Below are positions 20,936-31,300 of a DNA stretch of 64,000 nt, piece by piece. This DNA comes from an uncultured bacterium. Its GTDB lineage: Bacteria > Krumholzibacteriota > Krumholzibacteriia > JACNKJ01. Both the position numbers and the translations under genes were made by a program. A model generated the notes under the pieces. The model ran no database searches and was not told the origin of the DNA. It saw only the letters and a list, made by a program, of their open reading frames with translations. Where the stretch lies: NCBI GenBank assembly GCA_963695095.1, contig CAVOFT010000001.1, forward strand, positions 96,001 to 160,000. Reading direction: 5' to 3'. The stretch's first letter is position 1. The number at the start of each line of letters is the position of its first letter.

Positions 20936-20979
20936 AGGGGGAAAACAGCAAGGGCGGCGCGCTGATGGCGCCGCCCCTT
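20936..20979 (-). terminator. Probable terminator after ftcD
   Basis: Minus-strand GGGCGGCGC-catcagc-GCGCCGCCC stem followed by TTGCTGTTTT. Confidence 0.55.
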
Positions 20980-21057
20980 CTCTGCTCACCCGGCCCGGTC
21001 CTGGTTCGGCGGTCGCCGCCTGGGACCGAGATGGCCGCCTGAACGGCCTTTGTGCGA

Positions 21058-22761
21058 TTATAGGCTGCGCTCCATGTGGGCGATCGCCCGGTCATGAATG
21101 GCCTGGGCATCAGTATACAACAAGCGCGCACGCTCATGCCAGTCCCTTGCGAGTTTCTCATCCGCAAGGCCCTTCAGGTTGATGCGGACGTTGAAACAGG
21201 CGCCGCGCACGCAGGCCAGGCCGAGCAGGGCGCCCACGCCCGCGTCGCTGGCGCTGTTCGTGTTGCCCACCTCGGCCACGCGCTCGCAGTGCTTCAGCAC
21301 CGCCAGGCCCAGCTCCATCACGGCGAAGGGCACGCGCGTGGCCGCCTCGGTGGCCTTCTGGATCGCCGCCTCACGCCGGGCGAGGTCGGCCTCGGTCGCC
21401 TTCGGCAACTTGAAGGCGGCCATCACCTGGTTGAAGGCCTCGGTGTCCTCGTCCACCTTCGCCTCGAGCTGGGCGCGCAGGGCGTCGGCCTCCTTGCAGA
21501 GCTCGGCCATCTCGCCCTCGACCGCCGCGTAGGCCTTCCCCCGCGTGAGCCGCGCCACCATGGCCGCCAGCGCCGCGGCCAGCGCACCGCAGAGGGCGGC
21601 GACGCTGCCGCCCCCGGGGGCGGGCGAGCTGGAGGCCAGCACCTCGGCGAACTCGGCCACGCCGAGTCCCATCAGCGGGCCGGGCGGCGCCGGGGGCAGG
21701 GACTTGGGCGAGACGGTGCCGCGCTCGAGCATCACCTCGATCACCTTCTCCTCGAGCTGGAAGGGATAGAGGTTGCTCAGGCCCAGGGCCTCGGCGGCCA
21801 GTTCCATCTGCTCCCACTCGCCGGCCGGCAGGCGCACGCCGTTCTGGCCGCAGTGGGCGCGGGCGGCGTCCAGCATGGCCTGCTTGGGCACCACGCCCAC
21901 GATCTCGCTGCCGGTGACCGCCAGGCCGCCGCCGCGCAGCTCGGCCTGGCGCTGAACTTCGGCGAAGGCCTGATAAAGCCCCACCCGCGTGTAGTCGAGC
22001 AGGTTCATGCTCACCTGGGCGGTGGCGGCGTCGTACATCATGCCCGCGGCCTGGGTCGTGGGCAGTGTGCCGGGCTCGTTCACGGCGCGGCCCTTGGCGT
22101 CGCGGACGATCTCGCCCGCCTCGTCGCGCTTGGCCCGCCCGCTCTCGCGGATGTCCAGCGCGATGCCGTGGGCCTTGCCCTTCACCGCCGTGTTCAGGTT
22201 GATGTTGTAGGCGATGAGGAACTGCCGTGCGCCGGTGGCCATCACGCCGCTCCTGGGCACGAAGACCTGCGGCCCGTAGTCGGGCTTGAAGTCCGGCGTC
22301 TTCAGCTTGGCGGCCAGGGCCTCGTACTCGCCCTTGCGGATGTCGGGCAGCGCCACGCGCTCGGGCCGCTGCGCGCTCTTGGCATAGAGGTAGACCGGGA
22401 TCCCCAGCTCCTCGCCCACGCGCCGGCCGAGCCGGTGCGAGAGCTCGATGCACTGCTCCCAGCTCGCCTCGCGCACGGGGATGAAGGGCACCACGTCGGC
22501 GGCGCCCTGGCGCGGGTGCTCGCCCGTGTGCCGCGTCATGTCGATGAGGGCCAGGCCCGTCTTCACGGCGTTGAAGGCGGCGGCCAGGACGGCCTCCGGG
22601 TCGCCGACGAAGGTGTAGACCGTGCGGTTGAAGTCGGGCCCGGCGTCCACGTCCAGCAGCGTGGCGCCCTCGCTCTCGCGAATGGCCTGGGCGATGGCCT
22701 GGATGATGCGGCGGTTGCGGCCCTCGCTGAAATTGGGCACGCACTCGATGATGGTGGCCAT
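21058..22761 (-). CDS. ftcD: Glutamate formiminotransferase-cyclodeaminase (bifunctional)
   Basis: IIECVPNFSEGR, HPRQGAADVVPF, IRKGEYE; cyclodeaminase SSSPAPGGGSVAA. Confidence 0.95.
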   Translation of the reverse strand: MATIIECVPNFSEGRNRRIIQAIAQAIRESEGATLLDVDAGPDFNRTVYTFVGDPEAVLAAAFNAVKTGLALIDMTRHTGEHPRQGAADVVPFIPVREASWEQCIELSHRLGRRVGEELGIPVYLYAKSAQRPERVALPDIRKGEYEALAAKLKTPDFKPDYGPQVFVPRSGVMATGARQFLIAYNINLNTAVKGKAHGIALDIRESGRAKRDEAGEIVRDAKGRAVNEPGTLPTTQAAGMMYDAATAQVSMNLLDYTRVGLYQAFAEVQRQAELRGGGLAVTGSEIVGVVPKQAMLDAARAHCGQNGVRLPAGEWEQMELAAEALGLSNLYPFQLEEKVIEVMLERGTVSPKSLPPAPPGPLMGLGVAEFAEVLASSSPAPGGGSVAALCGALAAALAAMVARLTRGKAYAAVEGEMAELCKEADALRAQLEAKVDEDTEAFNQVMAAFKLPKATEADLARREAAIQKATEAATRVPFAVMELGLAVLKHCERVAEVGNTNSASDAGVGALLGLACVRGACFNVRINLKGLADEKLARDWHERARLLYTDAQAIHDRAIAHMERSL

Positions 22762-22824
22762 CGTCTTCCTCCCGGGAACCGTCAGGGTATGAAGGCTGCA
22801 GGATAGTCCAGGGCGGGCGCGCGA

Positions 22825-23679
22825 TCAAGGCGCGGCGGGAGGCGCGATGTCATCGCGCAGGCGCGCCAGCACCCAGCGAATGGAGCGCTTGCTCTCCAGC
22901 AGGTTCTCGCCCCAGTTCCAGGTGGGGTGGGTCAGCGGCATCACCGTCCAGTCCACGGCCACCGAGTCGCCGCAGAGGCGCACGAACTCGAGCACGCTGG
23001 TCAGGCTGACGACGCCGTCGTTGGGATAGGATTCGGTGAGGGCGCCGCCGCTGCCGTCCTTGAAGCGATTGCCGGCCAGCACATGCCATTTAACCCTTGG
23101 ATCGGGCGGATTCGCTTCGTTGAAGGCGCCGATGCCCGCCGGCGTGCACCAACCTCTCGGATTCAAGGCCCCGAGCATGTTGACTCCCCCGCTGGGCACG
23201 CCGAGCAGGAAGACCTGCCGCACGGCGCCGGGATGCACGGTCACGAAGCGCCGCGCGAGCAGGCCGCCCATGCTGTGCGCCACCAGATGCAAATTCTCCG
23301 GCGGGATGGCCTGCGCCGCCAGCCAGGCCTCCAGGGCGGCCAGCGCCTCTTCGGGGCCATCATCTTCGGTGGCGCCCATCATGCGCGGCAGACCGGTGAC
23401 GATGTAGGCCTCGCAGTCGGCGGGCAGGAAGCGCAGGGCGGCCAGCCAGAAGCGGTCCCAGAGCCAGGTTTCGCCGCGGTAGCCGTGGATGAAGAGCACG
23501 CGGTGCACCGGCGCGGGCGGCGCCGCCACCGCCCCCGGGGGCGGCAGGTCGAGGCTGCGCGGCGCGCAGGCCCCCGTGCCGAGCGCGAGGCCGAGCGCCA
23601 GCAGGGCTAGGGCCGCGAGCGGGCTTGCCGCGCGCGCCGCGCGCAGGCAATATTGCCGGGAATTCGGGAGCGCCGCCAT
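22825..23679 (-). CDS. Alpha/beta hydrolase (lipase/PGAP1-like), probable lipoprotein; start uncertain
   Basis: FIHGY, AHSMGG nucleophile elbow, NDGVV, LTH; hydrophobic stretch ending TGAC. Confidence 0.85.
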   Translation of the reverse strand: MAALPNSRQYCLRAARAASPLAALALLALGLALGTGACAPRSLDLPPPGAVAAPPAPVHRVLFIHGYRGETWLWDRFWLAALRFLPADCEAYIVTGLPRMMGATEDDGPEEALAALEAWLAAQAIPPENLHLVAHSMGGLLARRFVTVHPGAVRQVFLLGVPSGGVNMLGALNPRGWCTPAGIGAFNEANPPDPRVKWHVLAGNRFKDGSGGALTESYPNDGVVSLTSVLEFVRLCGDSVAVDWTVMPLTHPTWNWGENLLESKRSIRWVLARLRDDIAPPAAP

Positions 23680-25237
23680 GAACCACCTCGCCCGCCCTGC
23701 TCTTCTATTGCTCGCGCTGCTCGCCGCGGCGGGCTGCGGGGAGGATACTCCCGTCTCGCCGGACCCGCCAGGCCTGCCCCTGCCCACCTACTACATCATC
23801 GAGAACCGCGTGGACGGGGACCTCATCGGCTGGGCGAGCGCGCTCACCCGCTACGACGCGGCCGACTGGCGCGGCGAGGTCTATCGCCCCGAGCGACACC
23901 CCTGGCTGGGCTGGCGGGAGACGGCGCTCGGGCCCGGCCCCGCGCTGGACTGGACCCAGGGCCCGGAGGCCGGACCGCCGCGCGCGGGGCGCGTCGCCCT
24001 GGACGGCACGAGCTGGGCGGCCCTGCTCGCCGGCTGGGGCGAGCTCGCACTCACGCGAAGCCTCGCGTCCTCGCTGATCTCGCCGCTGCTGCTCGATCTC
24101 CACTCGCCTCTCGCCGCCGCAGCGCTCGGCCGGGCCTGGCTGGCGGCGGGCCGGCCCGCCAGCCTGGCGCTCTCGCTCATCATCCTCGCCGATCCCGGCG
24201 TGGCGCCGCAGGCGGAGTCCGCCACCCTCGTCTACGACGGGCCCGGCGGGGACCGCGCGGACACCGAGGATTTCCACATGGACCTGGCCGCCGGCACCGC
24301 CTACCTGCGGCTCTACGCGGCGCATTTCCCGGCCCCCTTCGCGGTCTGGTGGGAGGGCTATGGGCTCCGCCTGCTCGAGTGGGGCGCCGAGCCGCCGGAC
24401 ATCGACGAGCAGGCCTTTGCGCCCAGCTTCCCGGCGCCGGCGGGCTACACGGCCTCCGAGATCACGCTCGACGCGGGCGGCCTCGACCTCGCCGCCACGC
24501 GCTGCCGGCCGGAGGGCGCTGGGCCCTTCCCGGCGGTCCTGCTTCTCGCCGATGCCGGGCTCGCGGACCGCAACGACGCGGCCGTCTTCGGGCATCTCGC
24601 CCCTGCGCTGGCCGCGGCGGGCGTTCTCGTGCTGCGCTACGACGAGCCCGGGCGCGGGGCCAGCCCCGGCGATCCGGATGCGCTGGATCTCGGCCTGCGC
24701 CGCGCGGCGCTGGCCGCCGCCTGGGCCGCTCTGCTCGCGGATGCCGACGCCGATCCCGGGGCCTGCGCGCTGGTCGGCCACGGCGAGGGCGCGGCGCTGG
24801 CCCTCGAGGCCGCGGCCGCCGATCCCAGCGTGGCCGCAGTGGCGGCGCTCTCGCCGCCGCTCTACGACCCGGCGCGGGTCCCGGCCATTCCGGAGGCCGA
24901 GACCGGCGCGGACTGGGTGACGCTGCTGGGCCGCGAGGTCTTCGCCGGCAAGCACGCCGACCTGCTCGCCTTCGCCAGCGAGGACTTCCTGAGCGATGCG
25001 GGCTGGGCGGGTCGGCCGGTGTTCCTGCTGCGCGCGGGCGACGATTCGCGCCTCTCCGCCGAGGACTTCGCCGCGCAGAGTGCCTGGCTCGCGGGTGCCG
25101 GCGCCCAGCTCAGAGCGAGCGAACGCGACGGCCTCAGCGCCTTCCTCACGGCCGGCGCTCCCGACGCCCCCCCCGACGCTGTCCTCGTGGCGGATCTGCT
25201 GAGCTGGCTCGCGGCGACTTTGCCAGCGGCGCCCTAG
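23678..25237 (+). CDS. Lipoprotein with C-terminal alpha/beta hydrolase-like domain lacking the catalytic Ser
   Basis: Lipobox-like AAAGC; GPFPAVLLL..G..DRN, VLRYDEPGRGAS; elbow reads GHGEG. Confidence 0.8.
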   Translation: MNHLARPALLLLALLAAAGCGEDTPVSPDPPGLPLPTYYIIENRVDGDLIGWASALTRYDAADWRGEVYRPERHPWLGWRETALGPGPALDWTQGPEAGPPRAGRVALDGTSWAALLAGWGELALTRSLASSLISPLLLDLHSPLAAAALGRAWLAAGRPASLALSLIILADPGVAPQAESATLVYDGPGGDRADTEDFHMDLAAGTAYLRLYAAHFPAPFAVWWEGYGLRLLEWGAEPPDIDEQAFAPSFPAPAGYTASEITLDAGGLDLAATRCRPEGAGPFPAVLLLADAGLADRNDAAVFGHLAPALAAAGVLVLRYDEPGRGASPGDPDALDLGLRRAALAAAWAALLADADADPGACALVGHGEGAALALEAAAADPSVAAVAALSPPLYDPARVPAIPEAETGADWVTLLGREVFAGKHADLLAFASEDFLSDAGWAGRPVFLLRAGDDSRLSAEDFAAQSAWLAGAGAQLRASERDGLSAFLTAGAPDAPPDAVLVADLLSWLAATLPAAP

Positions 25238-25279
25238 GCGGCGCATGCGCTCCCTGGGCGGCGCCAGCGCGCCCCCCGG

Positions 25280-26422
25280 TCAGAAGGTGAGCGGGCGGCC
25301 GCCGCCCAGGCCCACCAGCTCCACGTAACCCTGTCCGCGGGGCGAGCCGCCCAGGCCGCGCAGCTCCACCGCGCCCTCCCAGTAGTTGAAGCCGCTGCGC
25401 GGGCCCACGTTCTCCTGCGCGGCGAGGCGCGGGATCACCTCCAGCACGAGCTGCGCGCTCGGCACGGCCACCCGCCAGCGCTCGGGATAGCGCGTGCCGG
25501 TGGCCGGGCTCTCCCAGCTTCCCGCGGGCGTGGCCTGCCAGTCGTCCGGTCCGAGGTAGCGCACGCTGCCGTCGGCCTCCACCAGCGTGCCCCGCCGCCA
25601 GTCGGGGCGGCCCTCGCGGTCGCGGAGCTGGTAGAGCATCAGCTCGCGGCCGTCGGCGAGCTGCAGGCTGAACCAGTCCCAGCCCGCTTGCTGGGGCTCG
25701 AGCTGGTTGCTGCCGAACTCCTTGTCGAACCATCCCTCGCCGCGCACTTGGCGCTCTCGGCCGCCGACGCGCAGCGTTCCCTCCAGCGCCAGGCGCGTGA
25801 AGCTGTAGTACTGGCTCGCCGAGCTGGGCCCCGCGCCCTTGCGGCTGTAGCCGTTCGGTCCCTGCAGCACCAGCGGCTTGAGCGGTCGCGTCTCGAGGCG
25901 AAAGGCCATGCCCTGGGCGCTGTCGGCCATGCTGACGGTGAAGGCCTCGCCGTTCCACTCGAGGGTCCAGCGCCCCTCCGTGCCCGCGGGCGCGCGGCTC
26001 CAGGCGATCAAGGTGTCGGGGTAGGCGCCGAAACCCGCGAGCAGGGGGCTGGCGCGATAGAGCAACTCGCTGAAGTGGTGCTCACCGGCCGCGAAGTCGC
26101 CGATGGCCGCGTGGCCCATGATGAGGTTGCGCGCGCTCCAGGCGGAGCCCGGCGCTGCCGGCCCCGGCGTCAGCCCGATGCGGAAGATCGTGAACTGCAT
26201 GCCGAAGCGCGCGGCGGGATCATCCACGTCCTCGAGCTGTGCGGTGAGGTACCACCACTCGGTCTGGTAGTCGGCATGCGACCAGTGGTCTTCGGGAAAT
26301 CGCCAGGCGTAGCTGGAGTCGGCGGGCTGCCAGCTTTCGGCGCGCGCGCCCACGGCCGTAGTGAGCCATGCCGCCGCGAGCAGTGTCTTCAGCAAATGAG
26401 AGGCGCAGCCAAGGCGAACCAT
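25280..26422 (-). CDS. Lipocalin-like CrtC/AttH family secreted protein
   Basis: FPEDHWSHADYQTEWWY, SQYYSFTRL, GWFDKEF, GWDWFSLQL, YWEGAV, GQGYVEL. Confidence 0.92.
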   Translation of the reverse strand: MVRLGCASHLLKTLLAAAWLTTAVGARAESWQPADSSYAWRFPEDHWSHADYQTEWWYLTAQLEDVDDPAARFGMQFTIFRIGLTPGPAAPGSAWSARNLIMGHAAIGDFAAGEHHFSELLYRASPLLAGFGAYPDTLIAWSRAPAGTEGRWTLEWNGEAFTVSMADSAQGMAFRLETRPLKPLVLQGPNGYSRKGAGPSSASQYYSFTRLALEGTLRVGGRERQVRGEGWFDKEFGSNQLEPQQAGWDWFSLQLADGRELMLYQLRDREGRPDWRRGTLVEADGSVRYLGPDDWQATPAGSWESPATGTRYPERWRVAVPSAQLVLEVIPRLAAQENVGPRSGFNYWEGAVELRGLGGSPRGQGYVELVGLGGGRPLTF

Positions 26423-26455
26423 GCCGTCACCATAGCACGCCGGCTGCTGCGCAGG

Positions 26456-27835
26456 TCAGTACAGCGACTTGATGTGACCCCAGCTCCTGGACTCCACGCC
26501 GGTCAGCACGCAGCCCACGTCGAACGCGCCGATGAGCTGCCCGCACTCGTTGTTCGCGGCCGCGCATGGCGAGCCTGTCTGCAAAGAATAGGGACTCTCC
26601 GGATTGAGGGCGCCGCCACAGAAGAGCGGGTCCAGGGCGATGTTGCCGTTCGTGCCCGTGGGGTCGACCATCTCATCGAGGAAGTCGCCGCCCAGATTGC
26701 CCCAGACGTCGCAGCAGCTGAGTTGCGGGCCCGGGATGTTGTTCACCGAACTGATGCCGCCGCCCTGGTTGAAGGCGACGATCACCCGGTCGAGCGTGGG
26801 ATTCGAGCCGAGGACGCAGCGCAACCCGCCAGCCGCGTTCGTGGCCGTATTCCCGACGATCGTGGTGGCGCTGAGACTGACGTTCGCGAAGTCATAGAAG
26901 TACATCGCGCCGCCAAAGGCGGCCTGGTTGGCGTGGAAGAGCGACTCCTCGACGTTCACGGTGCCGCCCCAGACAAAGAGGCCGCCGCCGCTGCCGGTTG
27001 CCTGATTTGCCTCCACTGTGCAGCGGCGGATGTCCAGGAGATCCACCTCCGTGCCGCAGTAGATGGCCGCCCCCCAGCGCGCCGTGTTCTCGCGGAAGAG
27101 GCAGTCTTCAAGGGTCACATGAGTGTTAGCAAGCCAGACATACACACCTCCTCCATCCCCGCCGCCAATCGAGGTATTTCCTAAGAACTCTACATCAGAG
27201 CAATAAACGGATGATCTCGCGATGTTTCCCCCTCCAGCATCTGCTGCACGATTGCCAACAACCATGCCCCGAACATACTCGATCTCCGAGTCCGTGGCCG
27301 TGAAGCCGCCTCCGGTTGAGGCTGTGTTGTCTCGCAATACCACATCTACCAGCATGGATCGCTCCGAAGCGAGAAACCGCACCCCGCCCGCGGCGAGTGC
27401 CTCACACTGCTCGATGGTGACGCCAATGAGTGAGCAACTTGCGCTCACGCACGATATCCCGCCTCCATTCGCCTCCTGCACTTTGCCGTACCGAATCGTG
27501 AATCCCGCAACTACCGCGGCATTCGATTCGCCAGAGTGAAAGTCCATGCCTCGCCCAAGCTGCTGGCAGTCGATGATCGTCTGATCACGGCCCGCTTCGG
27601 AGATCAGTACGAGATCGATGCCATGGAAATCGAGGTTGCGGTTAGCTGACCCGGTGTAGGTACCGGGCCCGACCAGCACGGTATCGCCCACCTGGCAGGC
27701 ATCGATGGCGGGCTGGATCGCCACGAAATCTCCTGTTCCGTCGAGGCGCACGGTGTGCGTGACCGCGAGGGCGCTGCTGCTCAGTGCGAGCAGCAGCGCC
27801 CCAGCTTCCAGGAACAGCACGGATGCATGGCGCAT
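26456..27835 (-). CDS. Secreted right-handed beta-helix (Pmp-like repeat) protein with C-terminal TGVESRSWGHIKSLY tail
   Basis: GDFVAIQPAID..GDTVLVGPGTY; repeated FxxNxA..GG[AG]; GNIALDPLFC; GGAGG RBS. Confidence 0.9.
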   Translation of the reverse strand: MRHASVLFLEAGALLLALSSSALAVTHTVRLDGTGDFVAIQPAIDACQVGDTVLVGPGTYTGSANRNLDFHGIDLVLISEAGRDQTIIDCQQLGRGMDFHSGESNAAVVAGFTIRYGKVQEANGGGISCVSASCSLIGVTIEQCEALAAGGVRFLASERSMLVDVVLRDNTASTGGGFTATDSEIEYVRGMVVGNRAADAGGGNIARSSVYCSDVEFLGNTSIGGGDGGGVYVWLANTHVTLEDCLFRENTARWGAAIYCGTEVDLLDIRRCTVEANQATGSGGGLFVWGGTVNVEESLFHANQAAFGGAMYFYDFANVSLSATTIVGNTATNAAGGLRCVLGSNPTLDRVIVAFNQGGGISSVNNIPGPQLSCCDVWGNLGGDFLDEMVDPTGTNGNIALDPLFCGGALNPESPYSLQTGSPCAAANNECGQLIGAFDVGCVLTGVESRSWGHIKSLY

Positions 27836-27866
27836 GATGCCCTCCGATCAACTGCCCGGAAGGTTG

Positions 27867-28373
27867 CTACATCTCCTTCAGATGCAGAATCAGCCGAGCC
27901 CAGATTCCCTCGTTCTCGCTCAAGGATACCACATTTCCGGCGCCGAGCGCATCCGCCGCGAGGCGGCCAATCAGCAGCGTTTCCTGGCTTCTTCCCTCCG
28001 CCAGGCTCTGCCGAAGGATCGGTGTAATGTCGAGCTGGAGGATCGCCTCCGATTCGCCAAAGGCATAGGCCGCCACGGGTCCCGTCTTGCCTTCGGGGAT
28101 CAATACGGTTCCATCGCGGAATGCTGCGGCCTGAACCTCGGAGGCGCCATCCTCGCCGCTCTCGGGAATCAGGCGCAGCTCAAGAAATCCAGAGAGGATC
28201 GCCGCGGGTTCCGTAACCGCGGGAATCGCAACGCTGACTGCGTCCAGTTGCCGGCCATCGTAGACTACCGAGCTCACGCTCGCGGTCGAAAGCGCGGCTT
28301 CATGCATCGCCGCCCCTGCCGGCGGCACGCAGCCAAGAACTGCCAGGATAGCCAGGAGTGCGTGTTTCATCAT
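27867..28373 (-). CDS. Small secreted hypothetical protein (DNRLRE-like C-terminal pattern)
   Basis: Signal MMKHALLAILAVLGCVPPAGA; LDITPILRQSLAEG..LLIG..ARLILHL; starts 13 bp after the upstream stop. Confidence 0.65.
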   Translation of the reverse strand: MMKHALLAILAVLGCVPPAGAAMHEAALSTASVSSVVYDGRQLDAVSVAIPAVTEPAAILSGFLELRLIPESGEDGASEVQAAAFRDGTVLIPEGKTGPVAAYAFGESEAILQLDITPILRQSLAEGRSQETLLIGRLAADALGAGNVVSLSENEGIWARLILHLKEM

Positions 28374-28386
28374 CGGTCTCCCTTGC

Positions 28387-31300
28387 TCAGCGGATGAGGA
28401 CGAGCTTCTGCGTGGCGGCCGTACTGGCTCCCACGCGAATCTGAACGAAGTAGACTCCCGATCCGGACGGATTACCGAACTTGTCATTGCCATCCCAGGT
28501 CGCCTGGTGCTCGTGTCCATCGGCGGTCCCAGCTGCAAGCGCTCTCACCAGTCGGCCGGCGACGTCGTAGATTGCGAGGGAGTACGCCTCTCCGCTCACA
28601 GGCAGGACGGTAGTAATCACGAAGCTGGGATTGCCGGGGTTCGGGTAAACCGTCAACTTCAGCGCCGTACTCGACGTCTCTCCAGGCAGCACAACCCCGA
28701 AGCTGAATTGCCCGCCGCCGGGGGGCTCGAGAGGACACTCGGAGAGAAAGGGCTCGTAGTCCACACCCACTCCGCAGAAGAAGCCCTCCAGCGGCGTCTC
28801 TGCCCCCCAGTAGTTCATCTCGGCCAGGCAAGAGGCGTTCTTCCGTAGCCGGCTGATCCGACAGACAGCCCCGCTGGCCATCTCGAAGCAGTTGTTGCCC
28901 CAGTTTGGAGAATCCGGAACGCTCCCATCACGCCCGAGATCGACGACCTGCGTACTATTCAGCATCACGCCGACCTGCATGCCATCCAGATAGCTACTAC
29001 GGAGTGTCAGCATGGCCGTGTCATCGATGCGGATGGCATAGTCAAAGCCAACTACCGTGCACTCCTCGGCCTGGGCCACTGCATCGCCAGAAACCGCTAT
29101 CCCGGTCAGCACCGGTTGTATCGCAAGATCGGGTGCGTTGAGTTCGACAGAATTGAGTTCACTGGCTCCGCCCATGCACCGGATGCCCCCGCCGTTCAGG
29201 AGCACACTGGCGATTGAGGCGCTGTTCTCCACGACCAGCTCCGTGCAATTGACATCGCCAGGCAGAGGCGAGAAAGTGCTCGTGCCGAGCGAGTGAGCAG
29301 TGGTTGCGTTCCCGATTGAGAGAATACCGGTTCCCGTGAACTGGCAGTCTTGGATGTCTAACGTATCGGCTGCCGCGAGCGCGTATCCAGCTCCATCGGG
29401 ATCGAGCTCGAACGAGGTCCCCGAGATGGCCACCGCGGCTCCCGTGCCCGCGGAGAGCTCGGTCAGGCCGATGAACTCGGAGTCGTGAAGGGCCAGCCTT
29501 ACGCCTACGCCGACGAGGAGCCCCAGCTCAAGCCCCTCGATTCCTGCTGCAGTGGCGTTGAGTCCCGTCACCGAAATGTCCCCGCTGCCGAAGATGATGG
29601 GACCCGCTCCCAGCATCGTCACGTCTTCGACGGTAGCATCACCTGCGAAGAAGAGTGCTGGACCTTCGGCCTGAGACGGAGGAGGGGTGAATTGGCTCGA
29701 TGTCAACGCATGGGGTCCGACCTGGGCTGAGCCCCCGATTGAGAAGACACCGGAGCCAACGAACTGGCAGCTTGTGACTTCTGCGCTGCCCGCCGCTGAG
29801 AGCGCATAGCCCGCCCCTTCATCCGCAAGCTCGAAGTTGCTCTCCGCGAAGTCCACTGTCGAATTGGCGCCGGCCGAGATCTCCGAGAAGCCCGCGATGT
29901 CCGACGAGAAGATGCTCAGCGCCGCGGAATTTGCGACACTGATTCCCGTCCAGGTCCCCTGGACAGGATCCATGTGAACGGTTTCGCCTTCGGGAACGCC
30001 GATCTGTAGGACTCCTTCGACATCGAAGCCGACCACTCCGCCCACAACGGCGGCCTGGTCCGCGCAAAAGATCTGCGTTCCTGGCATGATCGTCAGCTTC
30101 GCTCCGCTCTCAACCGTCACCTCGCCATTCAAGCTGACGACGCCATCATGGATCAGGCTTGCGGATGGCCAGTAGGTGTCCGCCGTTATCGGGGCCGTGT
30201 GCCCCTCCGCCCAGTAGCTATAGTCGAAAGGAAGCACCTTCGCCGTGCGTGGGCCATCCTCGAGCTCCTTCTCCGTGAGCGTCATGATCAAGACAACGCT
30301 CTTGTAGCGTACACCAAAGCGGCCGACGGAGAAGCTGAAGGTGGGCGTCGCGTTGATGTCGAAATCGCTGAACTCGTAGGTGTTGATCAGCTCGGCTTCC
30401 GAGCCCGCTTCGTGCAAGGCCGAGGTTGCCTCTGGGTAGCCCAGTACGTAGAAGTGCAGTACCTCGTTGTTTGTCAGCTCGGCATCCACGTCCTCGTCGC
30501 TCAGGTCGCACCAGTAGCTATCGTCAACGCTGACATCAACGCGCAGGTCGTAGGCCAGCGCTTCGTTCTGAATCGCTGGAGCCGCAACGAACGGCAGCAC
30601 GTTGTAGCCGTAGGTGCTCACCTGGAGGGCGCGCCGTGGATAGGGTGGGCTGCCCGCGCAGGACGGCGAATCGGGGTAGAGATCCGCCAGCGTGACCCAG
30701 TCCGTCTGGCTCTTGTGCGTCCCTGTGACGACGTTGTAGAGCGGCAGCGTGTGCACATCATTCGTGCAGTTGTTGTCGAAGTCGACCATGTAGCCATGCG
30801 TTCCCGACGGCGAGGCACCATTCGCCCAGACACTTGCTTCGCCCATCAGATTGGGATCGTTCACCCAGAGCGACAGGGCGAACTCCTGGAGCATCTCGCG
30901 GACCCGCCCATCCCCAGTCGTGGCGGAGAACATGCCGACATAGGGGTCAGTTGCTAGTAGCAATGACAGCCCCTTGGGGTCCCCTCGAGCGGGAAGCTCT
31001 TCTGCCTGCAGTGGGTCCTCCTTGCTGTGAATCCAGCGAAACATCGCCTCGTTTGAGTAGCCCGTCCCGAGGGAGTAGTGGTCCATGAGATAGGGCGCAA
31101 ACATGCTGTAGGTCATGTGCTTCAGGACCTGCGGATGACCGGCCTGCGTGGTGTCCGCGGGGTTCTCCTCGCAGGCCTGGTAGTAGTCGCCCGAGAGCAG
31201 GCCGCGCGTGTAGGGCAGCTCGACGCGAGTGCTCGCATCTGTCGGGTTGAGCCAGAACCACCCGCTGAGATACTCCGCGCACTGGGCGAAAAACTCACTC

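Noticed and set aside
25280..26422. Carotenoid 1,2-hydratase function
   Set aside because: No crt genes nearby; ABC-linked AttH-like context fits better
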